A DNA stretch of 64,000 nt from positions 4,092,001 to 4,156,000 of the forward strand of contig JAYWIR010000011.1 of NCBI GenBank assembly GCA_036172245.1, read 5' to 3'. Position 1 is the first letter of the stretch, and every line of letters begins with the position of its first letter. The translations under genes and the position numbers were made by a program. Below, piece by piece: positions 49,910 to 64,000 of this stretch. Source of the stretch: Raillietiella orientalis (lineage: Eukaryota). The notes beneath the pieces are model-generated. The model searched no databases. It had not been told where the DNA came from and saw nothing but the letters and a program-made list of their open reading frames with translations.

Positions 49910-52900
49910 ATGTTGAGAAAAGAATTGGATTTGATTAAATTGCAAGATGTACCAAAGCATCTTCATGGTAATCCATACATACAGACAGGCTATCGTCCTC
50001 TTCTGAGTACCTGGCAGTGCATTCAAAGTTTATTCTACGTCCATAATGAATCATTTAATATTCTTAGTCATGGTGTGTATAAGAAGTTTCATTTATCAGG
50101 TTTCTTCAAGAATAAATGTGTTTATGTAATTATTGATCCCCATGTAGCGCTTGGATTCGTAATAATTTGTTTGACTTTGTACGGTCCAAGTGTAAGCATG
50201 CTTTTAAAAATGTAATAACATGAGCTAGTATTGCATTTTTAAATTTGCTTCCAATTATTTCATAATATACCATTTACGATGTGTGTGTCTTGGAAACACT
50301 TTGCACTCCAGTAAAGAGGGAAAGCTGATGCATTATATGTGATAATAATTGCAATGCTAAAGATAATAAATACAAAATTTTTTTGAAGACTGTGCTTTTT
50401 CCAGTAAGCTTTAAAAGCCCAAAAGTCTGACTTCATTATTCCTTACTGCTTAAGGAGATTTGGTAATGTATTTCATGAATATGTCTTCAGATAAATAACC
50501 ATATTAATAATCTGTAAGTAGACCAGCAAAAAGTATTTTGTATTACAGCAGAAAAAAAATTCTGTTCAAATGAAATTGAAGAACTTCTATTGTTCATAAA
50601 TCTAGCAACCAACAATTTCAAACAGTAGATTCTTGTTTGTTTGTTAATTTGCTTTTATAAACATTTATTTCCACCATGTTGATAACGGAAGTTTGTTCCC
50701 TTTGCATATGTAGTTTACTTCAAATAAGCTGCATCTGCATCCAAATAGAAGCAGTTCTGTTTTAAGAGTCTTTTTTTTTTTTTAAAAAAAATGTTTTCCA
50801 TGTATTTTGTGAATTTCCTTGTTTTTGTCTCCATCAAAGGTAATCAGTAAATTTCAGAAATAAAAAGCTTTCAGATTAACATATTTTTACAATATATACA
50901 AGCATAACTTTTTTTTTTTTGTGTGTGTGTGTGTGTGTGTGTTTTTCAAAAAGTATTCACTCAGTTGCCTTTCACCAGATGAAAGTGCTGAAGTAATGTT
51001 TGAAAAAGAATGAAACTGATCATAAACTTGGAAATCAGGGGATGAATTAGGACACAAATATTTTTTTGTAAGAAATCGATTCTCTCCAAGACTAGAGAAT
51101 ATTTTGATTCCGAGTGGCCTGATTGTGATTTGGCTGAAGTGGGTTGTTTATTCCATGATCTTTGGCAGTTAGGGAGACGGATGTGCACCAAGTCAAATTT
51201 TCAACGGTTCATTTCTTTAATGTCATTTCGATAAGTTGTTGGTTTGCCTGTGGGCAGGATTTACGCAGGAGAGATTGGTAACTTTGGAGTCCTGAGGGAT
51301 GGGGGGGGGAGGTCAGCCCTCTGGATGAAGTGGAGAGCGACAATACATGGGGACCATTCGGGTCAGAATTCTGTTTGCCCCCTTCAGCTCCGAAGGCTTC
51401 CTTCACGAGCAGAGGTCGAAGGACCGTTTTACCCGTCTTTTAGTCGTCCACTATGCAGTAGGCACATTTCGTCGGTGTTGGTGTTCTTCCTCGTAAAGTT
51501 TCCATCACCAAATTGATTCTTGTTGCAGTATTACGTGCTCTCAAACGGAGGCACTCTGGTAAATGCCAAAGGAGAGGAAACCGTTGGAAAAAATTCCAAG
51601 GAAGTATTCTTGGAGTTTAGTTAGTGTGTGTGTTTTTCCAAGATGGTGTATTCGGTTACATTGGTTATCGTTGGGGCAGATTTCCTATCTGTAAGTGTGC
51701 CACCGCAATGTACTAATCAGTTTGCATCGAGCAAATGTGCCTTTTTTTCTTCTTCTTCTTCTTTTTCCGATGGCTTTTGAGATTTTCATTCAGTGCTTGG
51801 TCACCCACGTTTTCACACGTTTTGTATGCTGTTTTTGCCCAACGTGATAGCCCCCCCCCCTTTTTTTTATCCAAGAATTTACCATGAATTATTGGTATGG
51901 TGAAGCGATTGTGAAGAGCTTGCAAATTGTAAGTTATGCGTCGATGGTTCGGGTGATTTTCTTGCGTCATTCTCTTTTGAACTGCGTGGGTCTCGGGAGA
52001 GCTGCTTCAAAATCGACCGTATCTGCTACCCCAGTGCACCACGGGTTCGTGGACCCCTGTAGTGGACGCTTCTCCCAGATCCAAGACAGAGATACCCACG
52101 TGTCTCTTGTCCATGCAATCGTGATCTAACTCATCACTCTGTGTGTGTTTTCGTTGTTTTCTTCTGCCAAGTCACACACAACTTGGGAAGTGGTTGATTC
52201 GTGTAGTGTCCTGTGTGGCCTAAATAAATGCCATTCGGTTTGTGGTTTGAAGATGCTGTTCGCAAAAGTCCATCTGTGCGCGCTTGGTGACGGATCTTGT
52301 GATCCTCGGGAGCACCAGGTTCAGCTGGATGTCAAACCTGGAGCACCAGGTTTAACATCCAGCTTAAGCTGGATGCCCATTTGTGTCTTTGCCTGCGCTT
52401 TGCTGTCATCTGCAGAAAATACCGTGAGCACCTCCATACGTTAATTCGTGCGATTTTTGTTTCTAACGGTTGATCCCTGAAGTCTTGATGAAGCCCTTAA
52501 GGCAATTTGGCGTCTTTAGCGTACGGTAGGTAAATCGGTAATCCCTCTTCTTAGTTTTTCTTTGGTTTTTGGACCTCGAAATTCAGATCTGGAGCGACAG
52601 AGAGCTTCTTTATTCCACGAGGCATTTTCGTGTACGTCGTGTTGCGTCCTGCAACGTTGCAGGTTTTCCCGGTACGCCTTTTGGGTTGGCGGTTTTTTTT
52701 TCTTTTTGATTTATTTTTGGAGGCAGTCTTTTATCTCCACGTGAGTCCCCGTAGTTCATGCCTTTTTTCTTCTTCCTTCCTTCCTTTCTTTCTTTTCATC
52801 GCGGTCTTCGTCTCGTTCCACGTCTTCTGGTTCGTGATACCGTTTCGATTTTCGATTCAGAGTCTGTAAGGTTCCTTGCCATACGTAGCCCGAGGTCTGC

Positions 52901-55267
52901 CAGCTCCTGAAGCTGTTGAAGATTCAGAGTTTCGGAGATAGCCGAGCAGGGATGATTTGATTCGTTGGCTTTTATCTGGCGAACTTCTCGATCAAAAATA
53001 AGCAGCATTTTCCAGCTCTTGCTCTTATCAGCGGTCGAAACGGTTTTTTTGGGACAGCGGGAAAAGGGAAAGAAAGAATGGAATGGGAAAAGAAAAAAAA
53101 AAAAAAAAAACATCGAGAATTCTTCGATGAGAACCGAACTCGAAACAGTTCATTCCTCCACCCGAATCTCAGTGAATGAAGTACCTATTTTATTTTGTGC
53201 AAAGAGAAATGCGTTGGATGCTGGATCCGGCTGTTAAAAGCACACCGATGCTTCGGCAAGAGACAGATTTCGGAATCGTCAGCTCGCTGGTGCAAAAAAA
53301 ACGCACACACGCACACACACAAAAAAAAAGAGAGCACAGCAACCTTATATTTTAGGCAACGAAAATCGGAATGGTCGTGGAAAGCGACGTTGCCTTTTTT
53401 TTTCAAGGTCAGCAAAATGGTCAGGGACTTCAAAATGAAACACTATTGGAATGATTCGTAGCGCTTTTTTGAAGTCACATGTCTGAATGATGTCCGATGT
53501 GTGCTGAAGGGAATCGTCTTTGACTTTGTTCACGTTGCGGAGGAGTTTTTGGCACGAGACTTCACGAGCTGCTCACGAGCACCACTGTCCCGATAAATGT
53601 TCCCAAGGTCCATAAGGTCAAAGAGATTCAGTCAGTCAGCTTGCCAAGCGAGTCTGTTTCGAGGGAAGTGTTGGTTCGCCGAGGTTTACAATTCTTCAAG
53701 GTGGACAAGTGAATATATGGTGACTGTGTCTTCTTCCGTGATCTCGTCACGGCAGTCTTGAAACTGAGATCGAGTGATGCGATGCAACGTGATTCAGTAA
53801 TCATTCTCTTAACAACTCTTTTGGTACAAAACGTCCTGGGATCAAAGTTCGGAGATCAGCTGATTACTCTCAATTCTTTACTTGCAAGAATCGCCTGTTT
53901 ATTATGAATCAAAGTCTGTCGTACTACAAGAAAATAAAAAAAAAAAAAAGGTTTGCTCCGTGGATTTTATTAATGAAGGGTATCACAGATGAATGAATAC
54001 ATTGAATAAGGAGGACTGGGACTGTGCTTCGTAATGTCCTTATAATGAGTAGATCACTGCGATTCCGTTTTTGTTTCTCCCCTCCCCCCCCCATACCACC
54101 GCATTTTTTTTTTTTTTTTTTTTTTTTTTTTGCGAGTCTTTGGAACGTGTGGATGTTCTTTTCGAATCTTTCTTTGCGTCTCTTTCCACAAGTGGAGCAG
54201 ATCACATCAGGCTCTTTGGACGCTGGGCATCCGTGTAGAATTCCAAAGGGAAGCTTACAGTTCGTCGGTTGCCTGCAAGCTCAACGCTCCAGGCTACGCC
54301 GTTTGTTTTTGTTTGTGCCGCCAAGAACTGTGTGAACGCAGGAAGAAAGGGGTCGGTTTGCCTGATCGTCGACGTCATCTCGACGTACGCGCAGCGAGAT
54401 GCGGGTCACCTTAAAGATCTGTTTCCGTCGGGCATCCTCGTTTTCCTTGGAACATATAAAGTTTCCGAACCCGTCCGTTGTTTTCTTGAAGCGTCAATGC
54501 ACGTGTGAATTGAATTTTGGGGTGCTGTGGGGGAGGGGGCCATGAACATCGCATACGTGATGATAATCAACTGTTTAGCTCGACATGAAAATTGAAACTT
54601 TTGTGAGTTGAGTTGGGATTGAATTTGATAATTTTTTATATAAACATTTCCAGCTGTGCCTTTGATCTACATTCTTTGGATGTATCCATACATACTACCA
54701 TGGAATTCCATAACTATCCCTGTGCTTCCTCACACTCATATCGTGGCACTGATTTCTCCTTGGATTGGAAGTTGTTCATATCATGTTTTCATGACTCACA
54801 AATCTGGCGCAGACGTATATAAAAAGTTGTTACAGTTTGATATCTTTGGTATTTGGATTATTCAAAGTATTGGTATTGTTTCGTTTTGTTATATTATCTT
54901 TGCTTCTAAATCCTTTCGAGCAATTGCAAATCTTTCACTTTCCTTTGGATTCCCGAAAAAATCTCATGTCGGTAACTTGCAATGCATTATTAATGAAGTT
55001 TTCATCATTCCTCATCTTCCTCCACTCTCTGCAATCCTTAAGCAAAAAGCTACTTTGATGGTTTTTTTTTTTTTTTTTTTTCCCCGTCCATTATAAATTC
55101 AACCGGCAAAAGACTCGTAGCACTCGGTTCCGAAGACATCTCTTAATGCAGATTCCGTTCCAGGTGCATTTCCCACGATAATTTCTGCAGGGTACTGTTT
55201 GCAGAAGTTCTTCTTGAACTGCATACTGCTCATATATGTCGTTGCATCAATATGGGGTCTCACTAAG
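49910..55267 (+). CDS. PAQR4: Progestin and adipoQ receptor family protein (PAQR4-like, HlyIII), 5' partial; later exons not identified
   Basis: Exons 49910-50072 (DVPKHLHGNPYIQTGYRP..SLFYVHNESFNILSH), 54654-54872 (SPWIGSCSYHVFMTH..YKKLLQFDIFGIW) and 55164-55267 (GAFPTII..WGLTK); phase-consistent GT-AG. Contains the PAQR ExxNxxxH and SxxxH motifs. The C-terminal HxxxH exon was not found in the window. Confidence 0.88.
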
Positions 55268-58200
55268 GTAAGACGCAAAAGAGTGGATGGAACATTCCGT
55301 ACAGTGGTGGGCAGCCTGCAGCACATTGGCTGCAACCGAATTATAAGTTGACCTCGACAAACTCGCAGTCGAACCGTTGTCGAATCACGCAGCATCCTTC
55401 TATGATCCGGCTGCGCATTCTGTTTTTTTTTTTTTTTTTTTTTTTTTTAATGACCCATAATGAAGTTTGGGAAGTATTTTCGTTTCACCACGTGGGTTGC
55501 GCAGCATCCTCTTGAGCTGCGTGTCGTTCTTGTAGGGACTCCCGCAAACGTAGGACCGCGCGCGTTTCCGATCCCCGTGTGCACTTCATGAAAACGTGAA
55601 ATTTCTTTGAACATCTCCGTAATTTCTCTGGCGCTGTTTTTTTTTTTTTTTGGATGTGGGGGGGGGGAGTCTCCTCTTTCTTCCATGACCTTCTTTCCTT
55701 TCTATAAGTGTAGCTCCTAACTCCGTGGAACTGACCATTCTGGGCGGCAGTCTTCGCCGCTGAAAAATGAATGGGCGGTAGCGTAATGCAGAAGATCCCA
55801 TTGCGAAATAGAGGATGAGGAATTTAAGGTGCTTGATCCAGCATCCCTGGGTGCAAACTCGGAAACAAACTGTCCAGAGTGTCATGTCGGTAAAAGGGGA
55901 TGCTTTTTTTTTTCTTTTTTCTTTTCATCACCTGTTTTTATTCTATCGGTATTTGCAACAGAAGAGCAACCCAGGGCTGATGATCATCCTGTGCTATAAT
56001 TGTGAAAAATATGCGTTCGCGACGGTTGTGGGTTTCTTTCACAGTTCACCTCCATCTTTGCGTGAAATCACAGGATCGAGAGTTTCGTTCGATTGGACGC
56101 TTTCTATTTCCGGATTGGACTTGACGTGGAAAAGTTTCTTGCATATAGTAAGATCCCCGCCCCCCTTCCCCCTCGTTCAAAACAGCCATGGCCTGAATCT
56201 TAATCCACAGCGATCAGGTCTGATCATGGAGGATGCACAGAAAGCGATTCGGAATGTCACCATTCCACTCACTCACTGGTAATGAGTGTTCCTTCGCGGT
56301 GTTTGCTGTCGGCAGACGAATGCCTCAGCGAATTCGCTGCCTGAATCCATGATCTTCACTTCCATGGCAGTGAGTGAAGCATTCGATGTGCGATGCGATG
56401 AATGCTTGCAAATGCAAACTTCGAGGTGTGTTGTCGTTGCTCTGGTGCGTGGGTGGGGCGTGTGAGCGTAAACAAACTCTTTGTCGGGAATGGTCGAATT
56501 GGCATTTGCTTAGCGTGGAGCTGCTTCGGCATTCTATTCCTCGATTCTGTGCTCCGTGTCGATTTTTCGCAGTCCAGAGAATTCCTATCCTCTTATTCAC
56601 CTCCGGCGTGTTGCATTCTGGTCTTATGAAAGCAAAATCTGTTTTGATCATTCTTTGCTACCGCCCAGGAAAATGCGTGCTGAAATGTGTTCCCTTGCCG
56701 TCCAGGGAACGTGTACTCCTAACGGATAGCGGATTTCGTCGCCAGTTTTTGAATAGAGATCCTTCGCGAATGAATTCCTGTGTGCGGTCGAATGGAAAGA
56801 CTTTTCCTGCGCTTGTACGATTCCGTGCCTGATGAGGATGGTTTCAAGCAGTGGACCACGTTTCGGAATGTGCGCACTCTGGTTGTGTGGGATCCGACAC
56901 GCCTCCGACACGTCAACTCTTCTCCGTTTCAGTCGTCGATGAGTTCCGACTCTTCCTCGAAGGAAAGCGGGAAGCACTCATTTCCTTCGTGCCTTGCCAC
57001 TCTTCTGCCGGTCGCAGGCCCACGGTACCCTACTTTGCCCCTTCAGCGACACGCGGCTCCCGGCTGAGGTGCTGGTTTAGTATTCATCCGCAGCACCAAG
57101 ATGGTCCAAATTAGTTGAGAGTGGCAATCAAATCTGCCCAATGCACGAATGAAAGGGATCATTGGGTCTCGAAAATTAAGCGGCGATAATATCTCATTGA
57201 TCCCAGAGGAAATCTCGGTTAATTGGATGGTCGCTACGGGAGCTTTCGTTACGATTTCGTAACGTCGGAAAGCCAGTTTCCCAGCCTTAGGAACCGGAAT
57301 GTCATCAACGTGCACGTGGACGCTGCACTTGTGAGCCTCGTTTTAGCTATGGAGCGCACGAGGTAATATCAAGCACTGGAAAAGTTTGGGAGGCATCAAT
57401 TTTTGGACCAGGTGCTGGATGAGGAGGGCCTGAAGTCTGTTGAGAGCGAAAGTGCCCACACTCGGTAGGCGAACGCGCCTCTAGAGTTCCGTATTCTCAA
57501 AGCACCCTTTTTTTTGTGTGTGTGTTGGAGGCATCCCCGAAAGGTGGAAAGAGGTGGGAAGCTTGCGCGTGCGCGGAGGAGTTGGCAGTTCGGATGCTGC
57601 AGCGGAGTGAAGATATTCATCGGGAGGGGTTCGACTCTCAACGCGAGAATTCCGTCCCGTGCGACCTCGTTTGCATTCCGAAGCGAACGGCTCTCACGGA
57701 ATTGCATGAAGGTGAACGAAAGGCGTATTTACAGGGTTTCGGGTAGTCACAGAATCGTGTGAACACCGGAAAGCCCACGGCGGCTGTTATCTCGTGTGGA
57801 CACGGAACGACAGTGATCAGCATGGCAAGCAAAAGGAGGCAACCGTGCGGCTGGGAAAGCTCTGAAAAGCCAGAGTCCGCGGGGGAAGGGAGGGCGGGGA
57901 AGAGATGGCTTCTTTTGAAAACTTCACCAAAGGTGTCAGCCACCGTTACTGGTTTGATTCGCTCGCTCGCAGGCGAGGCTCCTTGTCGTGGTGATGCGGG
58001 AACGTGTTTCCCGTGCCGTGCAGCCAAGGCTCGTCGAGTGCACCCTCATCATTCCCCATTTCCATTCACCCTCATTGCATCCGAGCAACGAATCCAAGGC
58101 ATCTTCCAGATCCCTTCCTCCTCCTCGATGCTCGAGCGGCAGTTTGCTGTTCTGGTGTTTCGGACCTCCGTTTCTTCTCCTGCTTCGATTTTTTCTTCGT

Positions 58201-60284
58201 GGCCCCCTTTGAAGCGGGGACGCGAATGTACCACCAGCGGTTTTGCTTGTTGTGATTGTCTTGCTGTTAATTTTGTAGGTCTCCGAATATGGACTGTAAC
58301 ATTTTGTTTCTATTACAGAATATGGGTTGTTTTTTATTATGATGGTGAGCTTGATAGCATCCCATATTTAATCAATTCCCAGTTGTTGGCGATTTGATGG
58401 CTTCGTTGTTTGCTTAAGGTAATATGTGAGTGGGAAATTGATTTAGATAATGGACAGTTTCTGCTCGGGCTCCACTTCAAAAGACGATTTGTACGTACAC
58501 GTGATGTTTCACGATTGTAAGCGCAGTAGGAATTGCTAATGGGAACCTTCCGTGGACGTGTCTCACACTGAAACGCCCATTTCCTCTCACGAGCAGAGTG
58601 TGCCGAAGAAGAACTCTTTGCAGTTTCCTTTGTGTGTGTGTTTTCTTTCCAGTTCCCGGCGTCTGACGGATCTTCCCTGCAAAATTTCGTTTCGATGTGA
58701 GGTTGGACACTGTTTCATCCACAATTTCGACGAAACTGACTGATGCCTAGGTTTCTTGTGCTCTCGGTCCATGTCCACACTGGGGGAGCGTTTCACTCGA
58801 AAGGCCGCATCAGAGTGTCCGTTGTCTTTTGGGTTTCACTTTGCTCCGCCTCTCATCAAACGCTGTTGCGATAGTTTTTGGGTTTTTGCCGTTTTCCTCT
58901 TTCCGGCGAAGGCAAACACAGAAAGCTTCGGTCTTTTCCTCGGGAAAATCGGCAGCTCGTTCCGAAAATCAGGTGTCTTTTCCGGATGCTGGCGCCGAGA
59001 GAACCTGAGGCTTTCCATCAGCCAGAGAATTTGAGCCTCTAGAGAGAAGGAGGAGAAGAAAACTGCACGGGAAAACTGTACTGCGCGTTTCACCTTTGGT
59101 TGCTTGTTTGCTCTTGCCCTCCAGCGCACCAGGTGCATTCTTCCACTTTTGTGGAACGATGCCGCGGTTCGACTTGCAGCCCGGAAGTACCGGAAGTTTC
59201 CCATACAATCACGCGTTCGTGATTGGTCATCTGAAGAGAGCTGAAGCCAAGCGGGACTCGGGTGAGGAACGCAAAGAAGCACCCCATCCTGCCTTGCAGT
59301 GATTGCATCGGGATTGCGTGTTGCAGTTGCTGGAAAGGGACTCGCAGTCCTCGTGGATGGCGTCTGCATGCAGTACTCGTGGACGCACAGGGAGATCATA
59401 GCAACACTACCGTACAAATTTCAGATTGACATCAGATTGATTCCCTGCACGCTTTCAAAGAAGTGGTGGAACAGATCCACAGGGGCGAACAAATTTCAGC
59501 AGGCGTAGGCGGTCTGCGGTCCTCCCACCTCACCCACCCAAAAAAAAAAGTGGACATTTTCCTTTTTTCTTTTTTCTTTTGTTCACAAGAGAAGCTGCAG
59601 AAACGAAACTTTATCCAACTCGTGATGGCTTTTTCGATAGTTTACGTTCAGAATAATAAAAAAAAGGCCAATGACACGTAGTGGCCAAGACTTGTTTTGT
59701 ACTCTCGTGTGAAGAGTATCCAAAATATGGCAGCCAGTTCTGAATCTTCCATCAGGAGAAACAGGAGCATCACCAGATCGTCTCGTGATCGATAAATTTG
59801 CGGAGCATTGAGGTTTTTAGAGTGTGTGACTCTGGAAGAAATGTTGAAGCCAACTCGTCCCCGAGCTATGAGAGACCATTTCCACTTTTTTCTCTCTTTA
59901 ATGGGGTCCCGTGTGCTTTGTGTGTGATCTTTGACAGTCAATCTTTTGTGCCCTCCCCGCAAGACTCAGCCATTTTGGAAAAAAGAGAAGGAGAGGAAGG
60001 AGAAACTCACTGTGGGTTGATGAAAATGCGGTTTTTTCATCCACCATGTGCCTTATCAGTCCACAGGGCTTGAGGTCCCACCCGCACTTTTTGCCCTTGG
60101 GCAGAAATCGACGGGTGAGGAAAGCAGCTCTTATTCTGAGCGGCCGCTTAGCGGAAGGCAGAGGGGCAGCGAGTTGCCAGACGGAGGTGGTCAGCAGAGC
60201 AGTGTAGGGCTCGCGCTGCTTTCGGACGCTCCCCCCTCTCCCGTTCTTCGTTCGCGTCCGTTGTATGAAACCGCGGCAGATTGT

Positions 60285-60317
60285 GATGACGACGACGACG
60301 ACGACGACGATGATGAT
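60285..60317. repeat. (GAY)11 trinucleotide microsatellite
   Basis: gatgacgacgacgacgacgacgacgatgatgat read directly. Confidence 0.9.
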
Positions 60318-63300
60318 CCCTTACTTTTGCATCATTTCGTGGTTGCTCAGCCTGGCTCGATCACGACGAGTCCTGGGCAACTTTTATAGCTAAATCAATT
60401 CGCAGGCCTGCGGCTTTCGCCCTGCGTTTGCGATTGACTTGTCTCTTGGCGACTCTGGTAAAGCGTAATGTGACGTCTTTTCAGAGGAGACAAACTGTCA
60501 AAGACCCACGTACGAAAAATGCAAAGACTCAGAGGCTTTTTTTTTTTTTTTCCTGTCAGGAAAACTCCCCTCCCTGGATCGGCTACGATTCCCAATTTCC
60601 CTCCCCTCCCCTCCCGTCCTGCACTTCTTGTTCCCGGTTTTTCTTTTTCCTTTGAAGCGTTTTCCTGATGTTACGGCTGCAAAAAAAAAATGTGCTCCTT
60701 CTTCTTCTTCTTCTGCAACACTCGATCCGGTCTTATTGGTAAAGCACACGCCCGAGACGTGTTGGGAAGTTTTCCTTCGCCTCGGTAGCACCCGGCGGAC
60801 GAAATGGGTCACCCGTCGGTGGCCGGCAGTAGCCATCATCAGAAACTCCTTGTGAATGCGCAGGAACCGTTTTTTCCGTTCGCGCCCGTTGTTTTCCATG
60901 CAAAGTTTGCATGTCGAAGGAAATGATGTGTGCTCCGCGCTTCTGCCCCGTTTGTTCGTATCTCGGATATTCACCTGGCAGAAAGAAAGCGTGAAAGAGC
61001 ATAACACTTGATCCGTCGCGTGAGCCGCCATCGTTTCTGAAGGTTCCGTGCCTTATCGGCTTCCCTATCTGCAAAACTTGAGCCTCTTTCTTCCATCCTT
61101 GAGAAACGAGAGCCCGTAACGGGACCTTACTCTGAACTGAGGCAGGCGCGAGGCCGAGTTTTAATTGGCTGCTGTTCCCTTGCTGAACACTCCCGAGGAT
61201 TTCTGGAAGGTTGTCTTCCAGAGAAGGCGCACTTGGGGTGTTTGCCATCAGAACACCCGAGACGAATTCGACTGGGGGGGGGGGGGGGGGGATGGACGAA
61301 AAGAAAAGAAAAGTAGGAAACGGGTACATATGCAGAGATGATGGGGACGGTGTGCTGTAATCCTCCGTGAATACGTGCGGTTCGTGCAAAGCCATAAGTA
61401 ATTGTACAGTACTCGTGAAACAGATCCAGCGCATAATTCGTATAATTTTTAATCTCGGGAATCAGAAGGCGAGTTAACGATGACGGTGACGCGACTGTGG
61501 GAAATGCATGTGAGGACGGGAAGAGTGGCGGAGGGAGGGTGATTGGTGGTGGTTCGATGTCGAAGAGTAAAGAAGCGGCAATTAAGGAGGAAAGTGGGGA
61601 GCTTGCATTACTTTTGGGGTCGAATCCACATTCAAAGGGGGGCGAAGTATTGTAGCCGAATGCTGGTGGTTTAATGAATACGATGAATGAACAAATAGAT
61701 GGTGATGGCAATTGAAAGAAAAGATAAAGGAAATGAAGTTTCTTGGAGGAAAGGATGAAATGGTGAAACCGCTACTTGAGGAGAGACTATTGGCTGAAAA
61801 ATCTTCTATAGGAAAAGGGATGATATCCCTAAATAGTTTGTAAATCGAGCCAAAAGCTTTATTTGGGCTGCAAGAAAAAATAAAAGGAGGAGAAGAAGAA
61901 AAAACGATGGTTGCTTCGTCTTAGGTCGGTAAAGCACGGATATTTGAAATGCACTCGGTATGGTTTCCATGTTTTGATGAATGCATTCCCTGTATTCACG
62001 GACACAGTCGTTTCAATTGCGGGCTGCGTCCCTGAGCTCAACGGTTCAGAATTTTCGAAAACAAATTTTGCGTTTCGTACAACGAGAGAATAGGTTGAGG
62101 ACCAACTCACCAAATGTTCTGTCAACAAATCAACCATGGGAACGGCCGAATGCTCGCATGGGGGGCGGGGGAGGGCATCTCGAGGACAAGTCAAATGGTT
62201 GTGGCACCAGCGTGGGAAAACTGAGCAGCTGATGGTAAAGTGAAGGAAGGAAACCGCTTAAGCTTGCGGCGTAGCACAAGAAGAGCATGTCTTGCAGATC
62301 GTTGCACGACGGCATCTTTTCCGCAGGAGTGTGCAATAGAAGCGAAAAGCTCTGATTCTCAATACATTTCAGACACTTAGCATTTCCGTTTTTCTTCTCC
62401 TCCTTCTTCTTCTTCTATTGGAATGAAATCATTTTAAAGGGCAAAAAAAAAAAAAAAAAATGCACAGTTCGAATGTTAAAGGCCACACAATTCGCATTTC
62501 CATTTTTTGTGCAAGGATCTTGCAAGAGTCAGAATTTCCTCTCCAGGAGCGCGATATTCCTTTAATGAAAAGCGTACAGCCGAAACATCGCTCCAGATAT
62601 GCTTTTCCCCAGCGTGCGCTGAATGGAGCTCCCTTCGAGGGTAACCGGAAGGCACCGCTGCCACGGAAAGTCGTAGCAGCCACGGTTCCTCTCCGAAATG
62701 CAGGAAGAACGCTCTCTCGGCCATCCTCGTTCGATATTGCACGAAGGGACGCAGGGCAGATTCGATTTCCTCCTACCACGTGCCCGACCAGCGTATGGGA
62801 AGTTGTCCACTCGTTAGGCCAGTTCTTTGCTCCAGAAGGTCTTCCTTCCGTCTGTTATTCGCGGGCACTCGTGGCACCGGGTTTCGGATTCTTCATCCCC
62901 TGAAAGTGTGATTCTCGGTATCAAGGCAACGTGCCAATCGTCCGCATCACGCGCTTGACATGACATGGTCCAAGAACAGCTGCTCAAGGCGAGCGAGAAC
63001 CAAAGTCGCCACCTTCCTCTTCCTTGAGTATTTTTCTTTTTTTTTTTTTAAAAAAAAAAAAAAAAAGAAGAAGAGGCCATGGTATGCGGATTGAATTGTT
63101 TTATGCATCTCAGTACCCCCTTGCCATCGAAGGTAAATTGATAGGAAAGACGGAAGGAAGGGAATCAGTTTTCGTCTTCAGCACATGGTGTGTGTTTCCC
63201 ACTTATCCAGCGACGTCTTTTTGGTTGGACTCGGATGCCGTTCGCTCCCGATCCGCCTTTTTGGTATGCCCAGTCAAGTTGAAACTGCGGTTTTCGGAAA

Positions 63301-64000
63301 GGGGAAAAAAAGGAGAAAATGTCACGATCGATTAAGATGGGGTCTTTCTGTCCCCGCCGCAAACTTTTTCTTGCGGGAAATCGAGTTCCCGATTGATGCA
63401 GGACGCCACTGTCCAGCGAAGCTTCTATTGGGGTGCGGCAGTTTCTTGGCAGTGGGGGGTCGTTTCGCAGCACTGCAGAGTTGCCCCACGCAGCTTGTCC
63501 TTCGAGTTTCAGCGGGCGATGCGGTCTGCTTGCATCCGTTTGACTTTTCTGGCGCGTTTTGGCCGGCCCCCGCGATCCTCTGTCCAGGGTTCCTAAACAG
63601 GGGCATCGTCTCCCGGGATGGGGGGGGGGGATTTTTCGCCACCCACCTGGATACCTCTTTGAGCCCCTTTCTTGTGTCTGGCTGCGAGGCACTCTGTTGC
63701 CGCTTAAAGTTTCCACCTCGAAAGGCGCGCGCGCGCGCCCTCCAGCTCGCGGGTGGAGGAAGGATCGCGAACCCTTCCTGTGGTGCGGAACTTGATTTGG
63801 CCGCTTCCTTCGTTTTCCCCTCGTTGGTCTTTCTATCTCTCAGCTTTGAAGGGGCAGCTCTTTCTCGAGCCTGGACCATGTTTGGTGTGTGCTGCTGCCC
63901 CCCGAAGCAAGATGGTCGTCTGCTACTGCCCTCGTGATGAATTCGTGAAGAGCGGTTCGGTTTTAGTGACGGGCACTCGTCATACCTCCCCCGTCGTGCC

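Noticed and set aside
55268..64000. Remaining PAQR4 exons or other genes in the last 9 kb
   Set aside because: No exon matching the expected PAQR C-terminal motifs (PE.W.PG, SH..MH) was found, and the listed ORFs are low-complexity or homopolymer-driven.

Overview
Eukaryotic (animal) genomic DNA. The Gab/Dos C-terminal motifs look arthropod-like, but that is inference only. Four spliced protein-coding genes, all on the + strand, can be assembled by hand: a complete Gab/Dos PH-domain adaptor (2667-5363), a Cappuccino/FMN-type formin with a 12x48-bp FH1 minisatellite and a GC-AG intron (about 7525-15289), a complete but divergent CLUAP1/IFT38 (33341-45441), and the 5' part of a PAQR4-like receptor (49910->55267). 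The window alternates sharply between AT-rich, CpG-poor blocks and GC/CpG-rich blocks. The region at about 16-30 kb is a graveyard of decayed L1/Tx1-like non-LTR retrotransposons: five related copies, two arranged as tail-to-tail pairs, with covarying 3'-end stem-loops, plus SINE-like repeats and one orphan signal-peptide ORF. Most long ORFs in the six-frame track are GC-rich or antisense artefacts. I saw no convincing tRNA, rRNA, CRISPR array or prokaryotic system, and I cannot claim a clearly new biological system. The leads worth following are listed as findings. All homology statements come from recalled motifs, not from database searches.
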